Shown here in pieces: positions 1 through 11,700 of a stretch of 64,000 bases of DNA (position 1 is the stretch's first letter; the number at the start of each line of letters is the position of its first letter). Made by a program: the position numbers and the translations under genes. The DNA is from Vitrella brassicaformis CCMP3155 (lineage: Eukaryota; Protista; Chromerida): the NCBI GenBank assembly GCA_001179505.1, contig CDMY01000478.1:1-64000 (forward strand), in the 5' to 3' direction. The notes under the pieces were generated by a model, which saw only the letters and a program-made list of their open reading frames with translations, had not been told where the DNA came from and searched no databases.

Positions 1-103
1 GGGTCGTGCTTGTCGCAGGCGTCCTTGAGCGTCTGGTGAAAGTGGACGGCATCCTCCTCCACCAGGTAAGAGGGGTCAGGTCAGATCCACCGCCGAACCA
101 CCA
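1..103 (-). pseudogene. hemF: Coproporphyrinogen III oxidase (HemF/CPOX) internal fragment, continuing off the left edge; the native 5' part is replaced by a duplicated leader
   Basis: The minus strand from 103 reads [35 protein letters not shown], the hallmark aerobic CPOX motif (WWFGGGxDLTPxYL...HFH..LK.ACD.HD). Upstream of 103 there is no CPOX sequence, only a copy of the 26.5-26.9 kb segment in a different frame. Confidence 0.8.
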
Positions 104-110
104 CGTGCTG

Positions 111-539
111 CCTCCTAATAGCTGCGAGGGCCTCAGCTGCCGCCTGCTGAACCACCCCTGATGACGGCCGGTGCTTGTGAGCCGGTGCTGCTTCCTCTCT
201 GGGCTGGTAGGGACTGCCGTGGCGAGTGGCCTCGACCGTCGCGATGGGCCTTACCGACGCACGGCAGACGGCAGTCACGAGATGAGGGCCTCCGAGCCGA
301 GAGCTGATGCACGTCCCGGTGAGCATCACCAACTCATCATTTTGACATTCAAGCTGAAGATCTCTGCATAAAGTGTGAAGCCCGTCGCTCCATCAACCCC
401 ATAATCGCTTCACAAAGACGAGAAAGCACAGTCGAAGTGATGCGTTTGAGCTCGCAAAGATCGACTCTCGTTCGTCGATCTGGCGTCGATTTGGGAGCTG
501 CATCGACACAGCCGGTCCCATCGAGACTGTCTGCAACGA
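111..539. repeat. About 430-bp dispersed duplication, copy 1 (bidirectional promoter plus leader of the RlmI-like gene); copy 2 at 26511-26941
   Basis: The two regions align directly at an offset of about 26400 (gctgcgagggcctcagctgccgcctgctgaaccacccctgatgacggccggtgcttgtga...gagactgtctgcaac). ORFs 81..332(-) and 26166..26732(-) share the first ~75 aa. Confidence 0.95.
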
Positions 540-561
540 AAGGCGACGACCTGCGGGACCG

Positions 562-1012
562 ATGTCATCCCAGGAGGCGGCCGGGCGGTACTGTTCTGAT
601 CCTCCTCCTGGTGTGTCGCTGCACGAGTTCCATCACGCTTATCGGGCCACGTACAGAGACGAGGACGGGTACCGCGAGAAGTCGTTTTCAATCAACAAGT
701 ACGGTGCTGAGGAGGCCCTGCGGCTGGCGATGGAGGCTCGACAGGCATACACGAGGGGGACTGTGCTGGTCACCAGCGTCAGAACGGGAAAGGTGACCGC
801 ATACGAAAGCTTCACGGCAGTCGCGCGTGCTCACGGCACCAGTAAGCAGACCAACCAATCCGACACCTAAACACGGACACGCACTGCACTGTTTCGTGTT
901 GTGCGTGTGTGTGTGTGCAGATCGGAACACCGTGAGTATCATGGCCAACAAAGGGCCCAAATGGGAGCACTACGTCAGGACGCTCGGTGTGACGGTCCTC
1001 CGCGTGGAATGA
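562..1012 (+). CDS. Small ApiAP2-domain protein with a C-terminal NUMOD1/IENR1-like helix-turn-helix; 2 exons (562-841, 921-1012), about 123 aa
   Basis: PPGVSLHEFHHAYRATYRDEDGYREKSFSINKYGAEEALRLAMEARQ fits the ApiAP2 pattern (GV...W/Y.A.W/Y...G...K.FS..KYG...A...A...R). A GTAAGC donor at 842 and a TGTGCAG acceptor at 920 join the frames to give GTVLVTSVRTGKVTAYESFTAVARAHGTNRNTVSIMANKG. Confidence 0.8.
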
Positions 1013-1963
1013 ACGAGGCGGAGCGGAGAGAGGGCACATTTGACTGCTTGTCTCTCTCTGACTGCACTACTCGCGATGGTGTGTGGTAGATGTGTAAGGT
1101 TGTGTGCTTATCTGTGTCTTGTGTGTGAATGAAGCATGTGATTTGTTTAGTGGGCGAGGCAGACAGGTAGCATAGCATGCGTGTGTCGTGTCAGGCAGGC
1201 TGGGCCGGCCCGCAGGTGTGTGTCCCTCCCTCCCTCCCTCCCTCTGTGTGTACGTGTGTTGGTGGCTGGGCCGTTCATTTGAGGCAGGTTGGAAGGGTCA
1301 ACTGCAGCAGGTGACCATCCAACTATCATTTTCGTAGCAGCAGGTAGCAGGTGACACTGCACTGGACTGACACGTTGCATGGTGTTGTGGTGTGATGGTT
1401 GAATGGAACGGGCGAGTGGCCTTACCAAAGCGGGGGACGCTCAAGGCTTTTCTGTGCTTGCGAAGGTCTGGCTTGGCTTGTCCCGATGACGGACAGGAGA
1501 TACACGATGCGTTTCACTTCCAGTGTGTCCATTCTGAGGTCTCGCGGGAAATCACATAGATAGCAGAGTAGACCTATCAATCAATCAATGACCACTGCAC
1601 GGTAAAAACTTGAAAGGCACGGTAAAAACGCAAAAGGGAGGGGCTTCGGACACTGCGAGGGACAGAGACACACAGAGGAAGGGAGTGAGGGAGGGATGCA
1701 TCAAAACGTGTGCCAACCAAATGGACAGGCAGGCAGGCAGGCAGGCAGATCGATAGATAGTGTGCCGGGCATCGAGCAGCCCCAGACACAATGAATGCAC
1801 CAAACCACCGTGCCATCCATGCATTTGGCGCCCGCACACAACACCAGAAAGTAAGCGCCAGTGGCTGGCTGACTGACCCGTGCTCCACTGACCCAACGAC
1901 GACACCATACAAGCCTTCGCCGCCTCTCTCCTCCCGTCAGTCCGTCCGCCCCCTCACACACAC

Positions 1964-3593
1964 TCATGATCCCCTCCCTCGCCCGCCTCTCCCACCCCTG
2001 CCGCGCGCAGACTGGCCAGACGTCGGAGGCGCAGCGGCGCTGTCCTCCGCAATGGTCTGGTCCTCCGCAATGGTCTGCTCCTCCGCGTGCCACCGCCCTC
2101 CCGGCTCGCCCACCATCCTGCTGCTGATGAACTGTCTGAGCGCTGCACCCCACAGACAGACAGACAGACAGATAGACAGATAGACACGTGTATGTGTGTG
2201 TGTTCTGGGGTTGGAGGGCGGGCTCGGGGAGGGGCTCCCCTCTTTGCGTACCGGCGAAGCTTTGCCGGTCATTTTGCCCCCAATCCGCCGCGATCTTGTG
2301 TGGGCCAAATGCGTCGCAGCCGATTACCGTCACTTTGAAGGGGGTCAGGTTGATGGTGCCGTGGGAAGCCTTGGTGCCATCGGGGAGCGTGAATTCTTTG
2401 GTGAGGGCCAGCTGGATGGACCCCACGTCAAACGACATGACCGACTCCAGCGCAGGGACGAAGGTCTCGTACATGGCTGTCTTGAATTTGCTGGCCAGCG
2501 GCGGGATCTCCTCACAGAGCGCCGCGATCCTGCCCTGAGAAACCCAGCCATCCCCGACCTCGGCCACGACCGCACCCAGCCATTGCGCCCCGCTGATCTC
2601 CTCCCCGCCGAGTGTACGGCAGGGGAAAATCGCTGAGTGCCGGATGTCGTTGCGCTCGCTGAGGGCAAACGGCGCCGACGGCAGGTATTCGTCGAGTGCC
2701 GTCTCGAGGGCGGTGTGAGCGGCCTGGCAGTCCCAAGCGGCGGTGGTGATGGTGCTGAGCTGGGTGGGGCTCTGGCAGAAGAGCCCGATGCCGTGGTGTG
2801 CCGCCTCGAGCCGCTCAGCCAAGAGCTGCAGGAAGCAGTATGGCAGCGGCGCCAGGTAAGGAGGGCAGATGTCGTCGTCATAGAGGCTGTACAGGGGTTC
2901 GAGCGCAGCGGTGTCGTTAATCGTGACGAGGTGGAGGTCGCCGAGATTGGTCATGGCCAGGTGCGCCTGGATGCGCTTGAGAAGGGTGAGAGTGTTAAGG
3001 TCGTACAGAGCGATCGCCTGAATCGCTGGATGAATGTGACCACACACACACACACACGCGCAAGCAGACAGACAGACATACATGTACCAGGGCAGCTCCA
3101 GCGGATTTCTGACATTGCTTACTGGGGGCCATGAGCTTCCAGATTCTGTACGTGGGTACATCCACAGAGAAGATCCTCGACCCAGGCGTGCCCTGACGGG
3201 CAGAGGCCTGTCGCCACTCCCTCACTGAGGCGCCCAGATCGCCCTGCACACAGGACGACAACACACACGCACGCACTTGGCGCACTCCTTGCTCTTGCTG
3301 GTGGGCTGACTGGTGATGTGTGGTCTTTCTTGCCCAACGCACCTGCTGCTGCTGCTGCTGCTCCTGTCCGCTGCTCTGCAGTGTGGTCTCGGTGCTTGTT
3401 GTGTCCTCCCAGGCCTGAGAAAGACAGGCAATAGGAACTGTGTCTGTGTGTCTGTGTGCCTGTGTGTCTGTGTGTCTGTGTTTATGCGTGTGTGGCTGAC
3501 CTGGGCTGCCGATGCATGGCTATCGGGCGGCAGAAACACGGCTGCAGCGCCCTCCGAGGCCTGCACCCAGCACATGCAGGACACAAGAGCCAT
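1964..3593 (-). CDS. Hypothetical protein A: multi-exon, shared leader exons, C-terminal RGG tail
   Basis: Exon phases are consistent: MALVSC...SAAQ | AWEDTTSTETTLQSSGQEQQQQQQ | GDLGASV...KLMAP | TIQAIALYD...SFA | ALRQFISSRM...GRGGRGGRGRGS*, all with GT-AG sites. The large coding exon lies inside ORF 1701..3161. Confidence 0.7.
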
Positions 3594-3738
3594 GAGAGAA
3601 GCAGCGGCCTGCAGGTGCCTTTTTGTACACAGACAGGGACGCATTGGCAAATCATTCACGCACGTACCGATGGAGCGGCACCCGCACCTGCTTCCTCAAC
3701 CACACCCCCGCCACTCGACTGAACACGCACACCAACAC
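3312..3738. repeat. About 430-bp direct duplication of a 5'UTR exon, ATG exon and polyQ exon, copy 1; copy 2 at 5272-5712
   Basis: Near-identical sequence from ggtgatgtgtggtctttcttgcccaacgc to gaacacgcacaccaacac occurs at both positions. Confidence 0.95.
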
Positions 3739-3754
3739 CGCAGCCACATGGCAA

Positions 3755-5575
3755 TCAATGACAAACACATTGATGTACACCGTACCCTTCTCTTGCCTGT
3801 GTTTGGCGGCGGGTCCGCAGGTGGGCGCGGACACCCCTGTAGATGTTGGCGAGGACGAGATCGACGGCGTTTTTGATGGGGCCGACTGGCTTGATGTACT
3901 TGAGCAGAGGTCCCTCTCTGTCGTCAGTGCCGCAGAGTAAGTACACCAGCAGGTCGAAGACCCGCTCTCCGACCGGGTTGCCACTGGCATCGCACAGCAT
4001 GCCGGCATTGGCTGGCAGGCACGCATTCTCGAAGCGGGTGCCGTATGTCGATCGGAGACGACACAAGAACAGGCGGTCGCCGCTGACAAAGACAACACAA
4101 CACACGACGAAAGAATGGCATTGTGTGGGAGGCGAGCACAATGCAGTCCATTATGCACTCACTCACTCACCTTGCCCCATTTGTCATCATGCTGTGCAGC
4201 GGGGCGGCCCCTAGTCGCCGCATCTCGTATATCATGTCTGTCAGCTTGACACACAGCTCGGCCTCTGGGACGCGTTGCGTGTCGAGGTCGACAGTGATGG
4301 GGACGGTGCTGATGGTCTTGAGGGTCTGGTCGTCCACACTCCCGTAATCCGCGACGCCAATCACCATGCCAACCACCACACCGCTCGACTGGAACTCGCT
4401 CCGAATCCTGTGGAAAAGGGCTTTGCCCTCTGCTGTCGTCGTGCTGACCTTGATGCAACGTACATTGTGCTGCTTCACCGCACTCTTGGCGTGCGCCACC
4501 AAAACATCCTGACAAACAGACAGACAGACAGTGCAAACAGAACGTGAATAAGTGAGTGAGTGTGTAGGTGTCCGTGTGTGGTTATACCAGGGTCTGCTTG
4601 ATCTCATCCTGTGTTGGGTTGAGGTCCGACAGAATCTTGGCCTTGCCCTGAGGAACAAAGAAGCAGGGCCATCATGACGTCAAGTGACTGGCACCTCCTC
4701 CGTTTCTTTCTTACCGCGTCGACGGCGGCAGAGGTCTTTGAACGGACATGGCAAACATACGCCTTCTTCAAGGCCTGCAAGACACCACACCATGACCGTT
4801 CGTCCTCCGTCTCATGGACAGAGGCATCCGCCCACCCACACGTACGTTTTCGGGATACATGAGGATAATGAATTCGGTTGGCACGACCGGGGGACGATCC
4901 GCACCCCACCGCACGCTCTGCACATTCTTGATGACCTCCCCGAGCTGTGTGGCATCCGTGGCATCCTCGTACTTGATGATGCAGCCAATTTCGGGCTCAG
5001 GTTTGCTCGCCGCGCGGAAGCGTGTGTTGAACTCGTGCACGATGTGCTTGAGCACCATCGGGGTGAAGTCGTCCCCCCATGCGGGGGGGGGCACGTAAAT
5101 AAGGGAGAGCTTGATGGCCGGTGAGATGGGGTGCGACGAGAGGAAGCCCACCAGCCCTGAACCCGCGGGAGCTGGGCTTGCCGGCTGCTGATCCGCCACG
5201 GTCAGAAAGTCGAAGAAGGTGACGATCTGTGCATATACGCCCACACATCAGTATGCATGCAGTGCGCTGTCGGTGATGTGTGGTCTTTCTTGCCCAACGC
5301 ACCTGCTGCTCCTGCTGTTGCTGCTGCTCCTGTCCGCTGCTCTGCAGTGTGGTCTCGGTGCTTGTTGTGTCCTCCCCCGCCTGAGAAAGACAGGCAATAG
5401 GAACTGTGTCTGTGTGTCTGTGTGCCTGTGTGTCTGTGTGCCTGTGTGTCTGTGTGTCTGTCTTTATGCGTGTGTGGCTGACCTGGGCTGCCGATGCATG
5501 GCTATCGGGCGGCAGAAACACGGCTGCATCGCCCTCCGAGGCCTGCACCCAGCACATGCAGGACACAGGAACCAT
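3755..5575 (-). CDS. Hypothetical protein B: multi-exon, same leader exons as protein A, unrelated body
   Basis: MVPVSC...SAAQ | AGEDTTS...QQEQQ | IVTFFDFLTVADQQ (in frame with ORF 4768..5244). Further coding-like exons lie in ORFs 4604..4909, 4167..4658 and 3755..4141. The 3' exon boundaries are approximate. Confidence 0.6.
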
Positions 5576-5712
5576 GAGAGAAGCAGCGGCCTGCAGGTGC
5601 CTTGTGAAAGGGACGCATTGGCCAATCATTCACGCACGTACCGATGGAGCGGAACCCGCACCTGCGCCCTCAACCACACCCCCGCCACTCGACTGAACAC
5701 GCACACCAACAC
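5272..5712. repeat. Copy 2 of the 3312-3738 leader duplication
   Basis: Direct sequence identity with 3312-3738, differing by a few substitutions and in microsatellite length. Confidence 0.95.
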
Positions 5713-7986
5713 ACACAGATATTGAAGTCGTCCTGTTTGCGTGTTGTGCTGCGTGTCGCTCACCATGCTGTCATCAGTTCCCCCTGCCAGTTCCTTCGGC
5801 AACACGACGAATCTCCCCTTCAGCGCCGCTCATGTCCGCCACAGAGGAGCGACGCTGATACAAGAGATTGGACCTCTCTCTCGGCGAAGAAGAGAAGCAC
5901 AGGAGGAAGCTCAAACAGCTGAAGCACGAAAAGACCTCCTCGGAAAGACCGATCGACAGTGGCTCGCTTCTCCCTCCCGCATTTGGCGCATCATCTCTTC
6001 AAGGTGCGAGTGTGCTCCATCCACTACACCACCTACAACATAGAGGCAAGTCGAGAGGCAGAAGCACGAGTGAGAGGGAGGGAAGAGATGATGGCGATGT
6101 TGAGAAGGGTGGAGGAGGACGTCTGTTCCTTCTGTGGGGTGTGTGGCCTCAGCTGAAGTCAAGGACAACCGCCTCACACGGCCGTCCTCGTCGACAGCCC
6201 CTCCCTCCGTTCCACTATCCTACTTCGTCCCGCATCAAACCGCCCTACTCTTCTACCCCGTCCCTCGGACCGTGACGACGGCCTTATCAGTCCAGAGAGT
6301 GCCTCTGAGGCCGGCTGACCGATGGCACAGCGGCCAGACGGCCGCAGGCGAGTGAATTGCACTCTGGAGCTACCTAAGAAGAGGAGCCCCAGCAAGCAGC
6401 CATGGCAATGAGCGGCCTATCGTGACCCTTTCGTGGACTTACGTCTTCTGCTTTCAAGAAAGATTACAATCTCGACTCTTCCCGCCAGGCGAGATGCGCG
6501 TCTCGTCGTGGGGGCCTCCTCCCCGGCCCGCGGCATGCATGCAGACGGAGAAAAGCTGCTCGCCGCTGGAGGCGTCGGATCTCTCACGGAATAGAGGATG
6601 GGCGAGCAACTGGGTGTTGATGAGGTATTCATTCCGGCACCGTCAGAGCGAGGAAGGTCAGGGAGGGCTGCACTATGCTTTTGGGAAGGCGGCGATCTAT
6701 GGAGAAAACGCGCGCTTTTGTGACGAGGGACGCGCTTTCCTCCTTTCTCTCCTCTGGACAGTCTTATGGAAGCCACGGGCGACAACAGATGTGACAATGT
6801 GTTTGGTGCTGAGGATGACTGTTGTGAAGCCGCCTGTCTGGGCTGGCGATCAGGACGGCATCTATTTTGGCAATGGGTGGTCGTTACGTTGATCGTTACT
6901 TGGCAACCGGTGGAGCTTCACCGCACCCGGCGGACGCCAAATCTGATCGAGGCTGCCCTTTAGGGTGGATGATGCCCTTTCGCGCGCCTTCCGGGTCAGA
7001 GAGGGCCGCACAAGAGCCTTGTTTGCTTGGCCAAGGCTGTTGACCAGCAGGCAAGTGAGAAAAACACACAAACCAATGGACGCCTTTTCGTTGGCGTGCT
7101 GCTCACTTGACCGCTTTGTTGATGTGCGACAGGTCGACGTGGATGATATCACCAGGGTGTCGGTGACGGTGGTGCGTGTCTTTTCACTTCCGCTGAGATG
7201 AAGCTATTGTTTGTTGGCGGCCACGACCACACTGTCGAAGCAGCGGTCGACACAAGCCTCTTCCCAGTGCGTTGTCGATCGTGCGTGGCAGCTGCTGGGG
7301 ACAGGCACTGCAGAACAGATCGGGTGAGGAGCAGTCAGTCGACCTTCAGACAGGGGGGCGGTGTGGCTGTCTAACACTGACACAGATGGCGAATTGGTGG
7401 CACTCGATCGGTAGAGGCAGGAGGGATGGTGCCCGGGTTGTTGTCGGCCTTCCAGCGGACAAGTAGTGAGTGTTTCGTGAAAAGACCTTCCAATTGGCCG
7501 TGCTGGGATATCAATTACTCTTCTGTGCTTCGGTCGTGCGATGATGCAAACCCATCCAAATCCATCGACTCACGCCACACACACCGGCGATGTCGGTCAA
7601 CTGTCAGTCAATCAGGCTAGCCAGGCTAACTATCAGCTTCAGTTCACAGCGTGTCATACGTACGTACGTACATGCGGCAGAGACAGCAAACTGGACTACT
7701 GCCTGTCTGTCGACGAGCTGCCGAGGACGACCGGCAACACACCACAAGATGCAACGCACAGATAGGGAGCCACCCATGGATGGCATCTGACATGCGTCCG
7801 CGTGTCTGCTGTCTTGTGTCTTGTGCTGTGCTGCGTGTGTGCGTGTGTGTCTCTCCCTCTCGTCTCTGGTCACTCCAGGTGAGTACATTTCGGTTCAAAT
7901 TTTCCGAAGAAAACTCGGCTCTCGGCAGACGGCCGCTGCAAAGATTCCATCCTGTGTGCCACCAAGTGACCATGCAGCCCAGGAGG

Positions 7987-8029
7987 GTTGAGGCCTCCCG
8001 AGGGTGTTCTGCTTTCGGGAGGCCTCAAC
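7987..8029. other. Perfect 15-bp inverted repeat (hairpin) in intergenic DNA
   Basis: gttgaggcctcccga (7987-8001) and tcgggaggcctcaac (8015-8029) are exact reverse complements around a 13-nt loop. Confidence 0.85.
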
Positions 8030-8719
8030 GATATCGCAGGCTGGGACGTCATTTAGACGCATCATCACCACACAGCGTCACTCACCATAAATAGACAGAC
8101 GCATTGACATGAATCGATCTCTACACCCCCTCCCCTCACCCTTTCCTCCCCGCCCCGCTGGCTGCTGATGCCGCTGCTTGATACTGAGCCAACGCACGTT
8201 GAACAAGGAAGAGAGCGCGAAGTAAGCAATGACCATGCAAACCCCAGGGCATCACAATGAGCGAGATCCCACCAAAATACACCACACCATCCAGTCAATC
8301 CATACATGCGAACAAAACGGCAGACCTCCCCGTGTTGCTGCGGTTCGCTTTCCGTGTGTTGATCTCGGTAACTCATCCATCTGCTTACTGAGGCACTTGT
8401 GAGTGAGCGCCTCCGGCTATCTTGCACGCCCCTCACCATGCCCCTGTGCGTTGCCGTGGCAGTGAAGAGTATAGACAAGAGAGCTATATGCAACGGAAAC
8501 CATTCCATTGAGTCCGGCCGTCCGTCGCTTCCTATCCACACACGCACACAGTGTGACACGAAGCGACGCAGCCATCTGAGATGCACACACCATTTCATGT
8601 CATGCGCCCGACCCACCCTTATCTCTCTTGCCCGTCATAGCAACCATGTACGTATGTATAGCCTCCTTCTCTCCACCCCCCACCCAATCAGTCAGTGAGT
8701 CGGTCAGTCTGTCAGTCAG

Positions 8720-11700
8720 TCAACGAGTCGCCTCAGCCCTGTTGCTGCGTCCAATTCTGCCATCCGTCGCCCACGGCCACGCCCCTCTGGTGATCCGCCC
8801 AGCTGTGTTGCCCGTCGGCGGCATCGGGTGCATCAGGTACTGCGGTGGTTGGACTTGATTTGGCATCACCATCCCTTGTGCTGGGGCTGGGTTTGGGGCG
8901 GGGAGCACCACGGCAGGGCCCGGTGGCCACGGCGGTTGCGGCATGGCAGCAGTGGGGTGAGGCGTGAAGGGCGGCGGGCAGATGTAGCTGGGTGTCTTAG
9001 GCCTCACTGAGGGTGCTAAGGAGGGCGGCGGGCGAAGGTGAGGGGCCTGGTATGGCACAGGGGAGGGTGAGAAGCCGGGAGCAGCAGCAGCCACCGGTGC
9101 CGCCACCTGAGGCACAAACCGATGCACACATCGACGACGAACGACATCTCCGGAAGCATCAAATACGTCTTGATCCATCTGCTTACAGAAGCGATGTTGG
9201 CGACTCCAGAGCTACTGGTGGCCGATCCAGGCACACCCGATGTCGCGGCGATGGCTGCCGTGGCCGCGCCAACTTGCTGTCTGAAGCTGGGCGGTTCATC
9301 ACACCTCTCGCCTCCACCTTCTTGGCCAGACACCTCGTCCACGGACGGCCGCACTGCACCGCCACTCTCACTTCCTGCACAGACACATGGAAGGCTCAGA
9401 CAGCCCATCAACAGACAGACAGCCTTGTGCTCACCGGTGATGTGGTCGTTGGCGGCATTAATAGCGATCTGGGCCTCTGACATGAGCAACTGCACGGGAC
9501 TCTCCATGGCACATGAGAGCGAGTGAAAGTGACTGCATGGATGGACGAGGGAGCAATGCACACACATCACTGACCTGCTGTATGTCGCGAGCTTTGAGCA
9601 GCAGACGATAGCCGAAGCAACCCTCCGCCGGCTTCCTCCTCAATGTGCCGAATGTCTTGCCGTGTCGCTGCTGCATCTCGCCTAACAACGCGTGGATTGG
9701 GTCTTCAGGGCCACCGATGCGGACCTCCGATGCCCCACGGAGTTCCAACTCGAACTGCTGCAGGTCTCGCAGACGGCACAAGGCCTTCACACCGGCTAGG
9801 ACATCGGCAGCAGGATAGACGGTACGATCGGCAACTGTGTGGAAGCGGACAGATGTGATGAAGAAGAAGAAGAAGAAGAAGAGTGGCGCACTTGTTGTGT
9901 ACCTGGCACAAACACTTCCGCGCTCTGTACTACGGGCAGGTGAGTCGGATCAGCAGACTCGAGGGCGCGGAAACTAGGTGGATCAAAGGAAAGTCGCAGC
10001 GTATTGAGCGTCCGCCCGCCGCCCATCGCCGTCAGCAACCCTGCTACATCAGCCTTGTCCACTACCACCTCCTCCAGTGAGCTCATGCCGATCACCGCCG
10101 CCTTGGCCGCAGCCATGCCCTGATGGCCCCTGACCAACAGGTTCTTGACGCGGGGCAGAGACGCAGGGGGCAGTGGATTGGGGGCGGGGGGTGGAAGGCC
10201 AATGTCAAAACCCTCCAGACTCACGCTGCGTGGCACCCGGTCGCCGATCGATCTCAGCATGTCGACGATGTCAGGTGCAGCAGACGTGATTTTCAGGTGA
10301 GTGAGTGCAGGCATCCGGCTCGTGAGATCCGCAGCTGCCTGGGGCCCCTGGAGACCGACGGGTCTTGCCCCCACAAACAGCCCTGTCGCATTGGGGAATG
10401 CCTGGGGGGAGAGGTGCTCGAGAGCGGGGATGTAGGGAGGAGGGGCGTCCTCGGGGATGTCCAGATCCTCCGCCGCCAAGATCACCACCTTCTTCACCTT
10501 CTCGAATATGATGCTGGCTGCCGTCTGCTGCGCCCTCTTGGTGAGGGACCCCATCACTTCGCTGCTGCCGTCGATGATGGCCTGCGTGACCTCCAGTGTG
10601 ATGGCGCCCCCCTTGCGGAGGGGGTCACCGAATGGGGCGATCGTCCCGGCTTCCTTCGCGATGGCCTGGAGGGGCTTGGTGAGAGAGGGTGTGTCGAGCA
10701 GTGCCGGATCGAGGAATGTGTTGAGGCAGCCCACAGGCTCGGACAGGCGGCAGTCGATGTCGACGGAGGGCGACGCGACTGCCTCGGCGAAGGCCTTGAG
10801 GGAAAGGAGCCAATGACGCTCCCCTTGTCGAACGTCTCCGGCCCGGAAAGGCACGGTGCTGCGAACCCCGAGATGGCGGATGGACTGCTTGCATCCGCGA
10901 GAAACCAACAACCTCTGAGGAGGAGACCGACACAACACAATGATGTGTGAGCTCTGCGGCGCCTTCCCTCTGGTTGCCTGAAGTTCTTCGAAGTCCTCCC
11001 TGGGTCCCAGGAAAACCGTCGACAGGTGCTCGAGCCCCGCCAGTGGCCCCCTCTCCCCACTCTCGCCCCCAGGCATGTCGGCTAGGACATCGAGCGTCGC
11101 GTTGCGCCAAAGCCCACCCACGGCCAGCCGCTTCAGGGACCGAGACGTCTTGATCAGCTGCCGCAGAAAGTGGACGAAGTCGTCCGTCGCGAGCCTGAAG
11201 GTTCCTCCCGTGGTCACGACCTCCAGTTGAGGCATCACCCACCCCCGTTCGAGCATCTTGTGGGGTTCGAGCATCTCGTGATCTTCACGAACACGAAGAC
11301 CGGTGATGCTCTTGAGGGACGGCAGCTGGAGACGGGGAGAGGGGCGGCTTAGATAATCATGATGCGGGGGCCGGGATGGATACACATGGCTGGCACGGCC
11401 GTCGGTCGGGCAGCTGAAGTGGATGGACTCGATGGAGCTCTCTCCCTCCCGCGCCACCCGGCGGCCCGCAGCATGGCCCTCCACAATGGCCGTCAATGTG
11501 TTCACGCACCATTCCGGATGGGTGTGTGGCTGCGCCACGTGAGCGGACGTCAGGCTGGTCAGCCGTCTGCCGAGCTTGAACGCTTCCTGTGTGGTGGTGC
11601 TGGCCCAGAACTGACACTCGCCGGGGGTGGATGCGTCGATGGTGATGTTTGTGTGCTGCCGGACGGCTCCATTGCGGACAAGGGAGCGGTGTGGGAAGAG

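Noticed and set aside
81-332. dsRNA-binding domain in the ORF ending [13 protein letters not shown]
   Set aside because: The resemblance is limited to an Ala-rich helix; the segment is better explained as the copied N-terminal leader of the methyltransferase.
5720-7900. Short ORFs as a transposon or gene
   Set aside because: No recognisable transposase, RT or other domain, no terminal repeats and no consistent exon chain.
10123-10950. Long plus-strand ORFs here and at 18718-19587 and 20531-21463, and minus-strand ORFs at 59232-59813 and 60017-61750
   Set aside because: They are antisense shadows of GC-rich coding exons on the other strand, with no motifs of their own.
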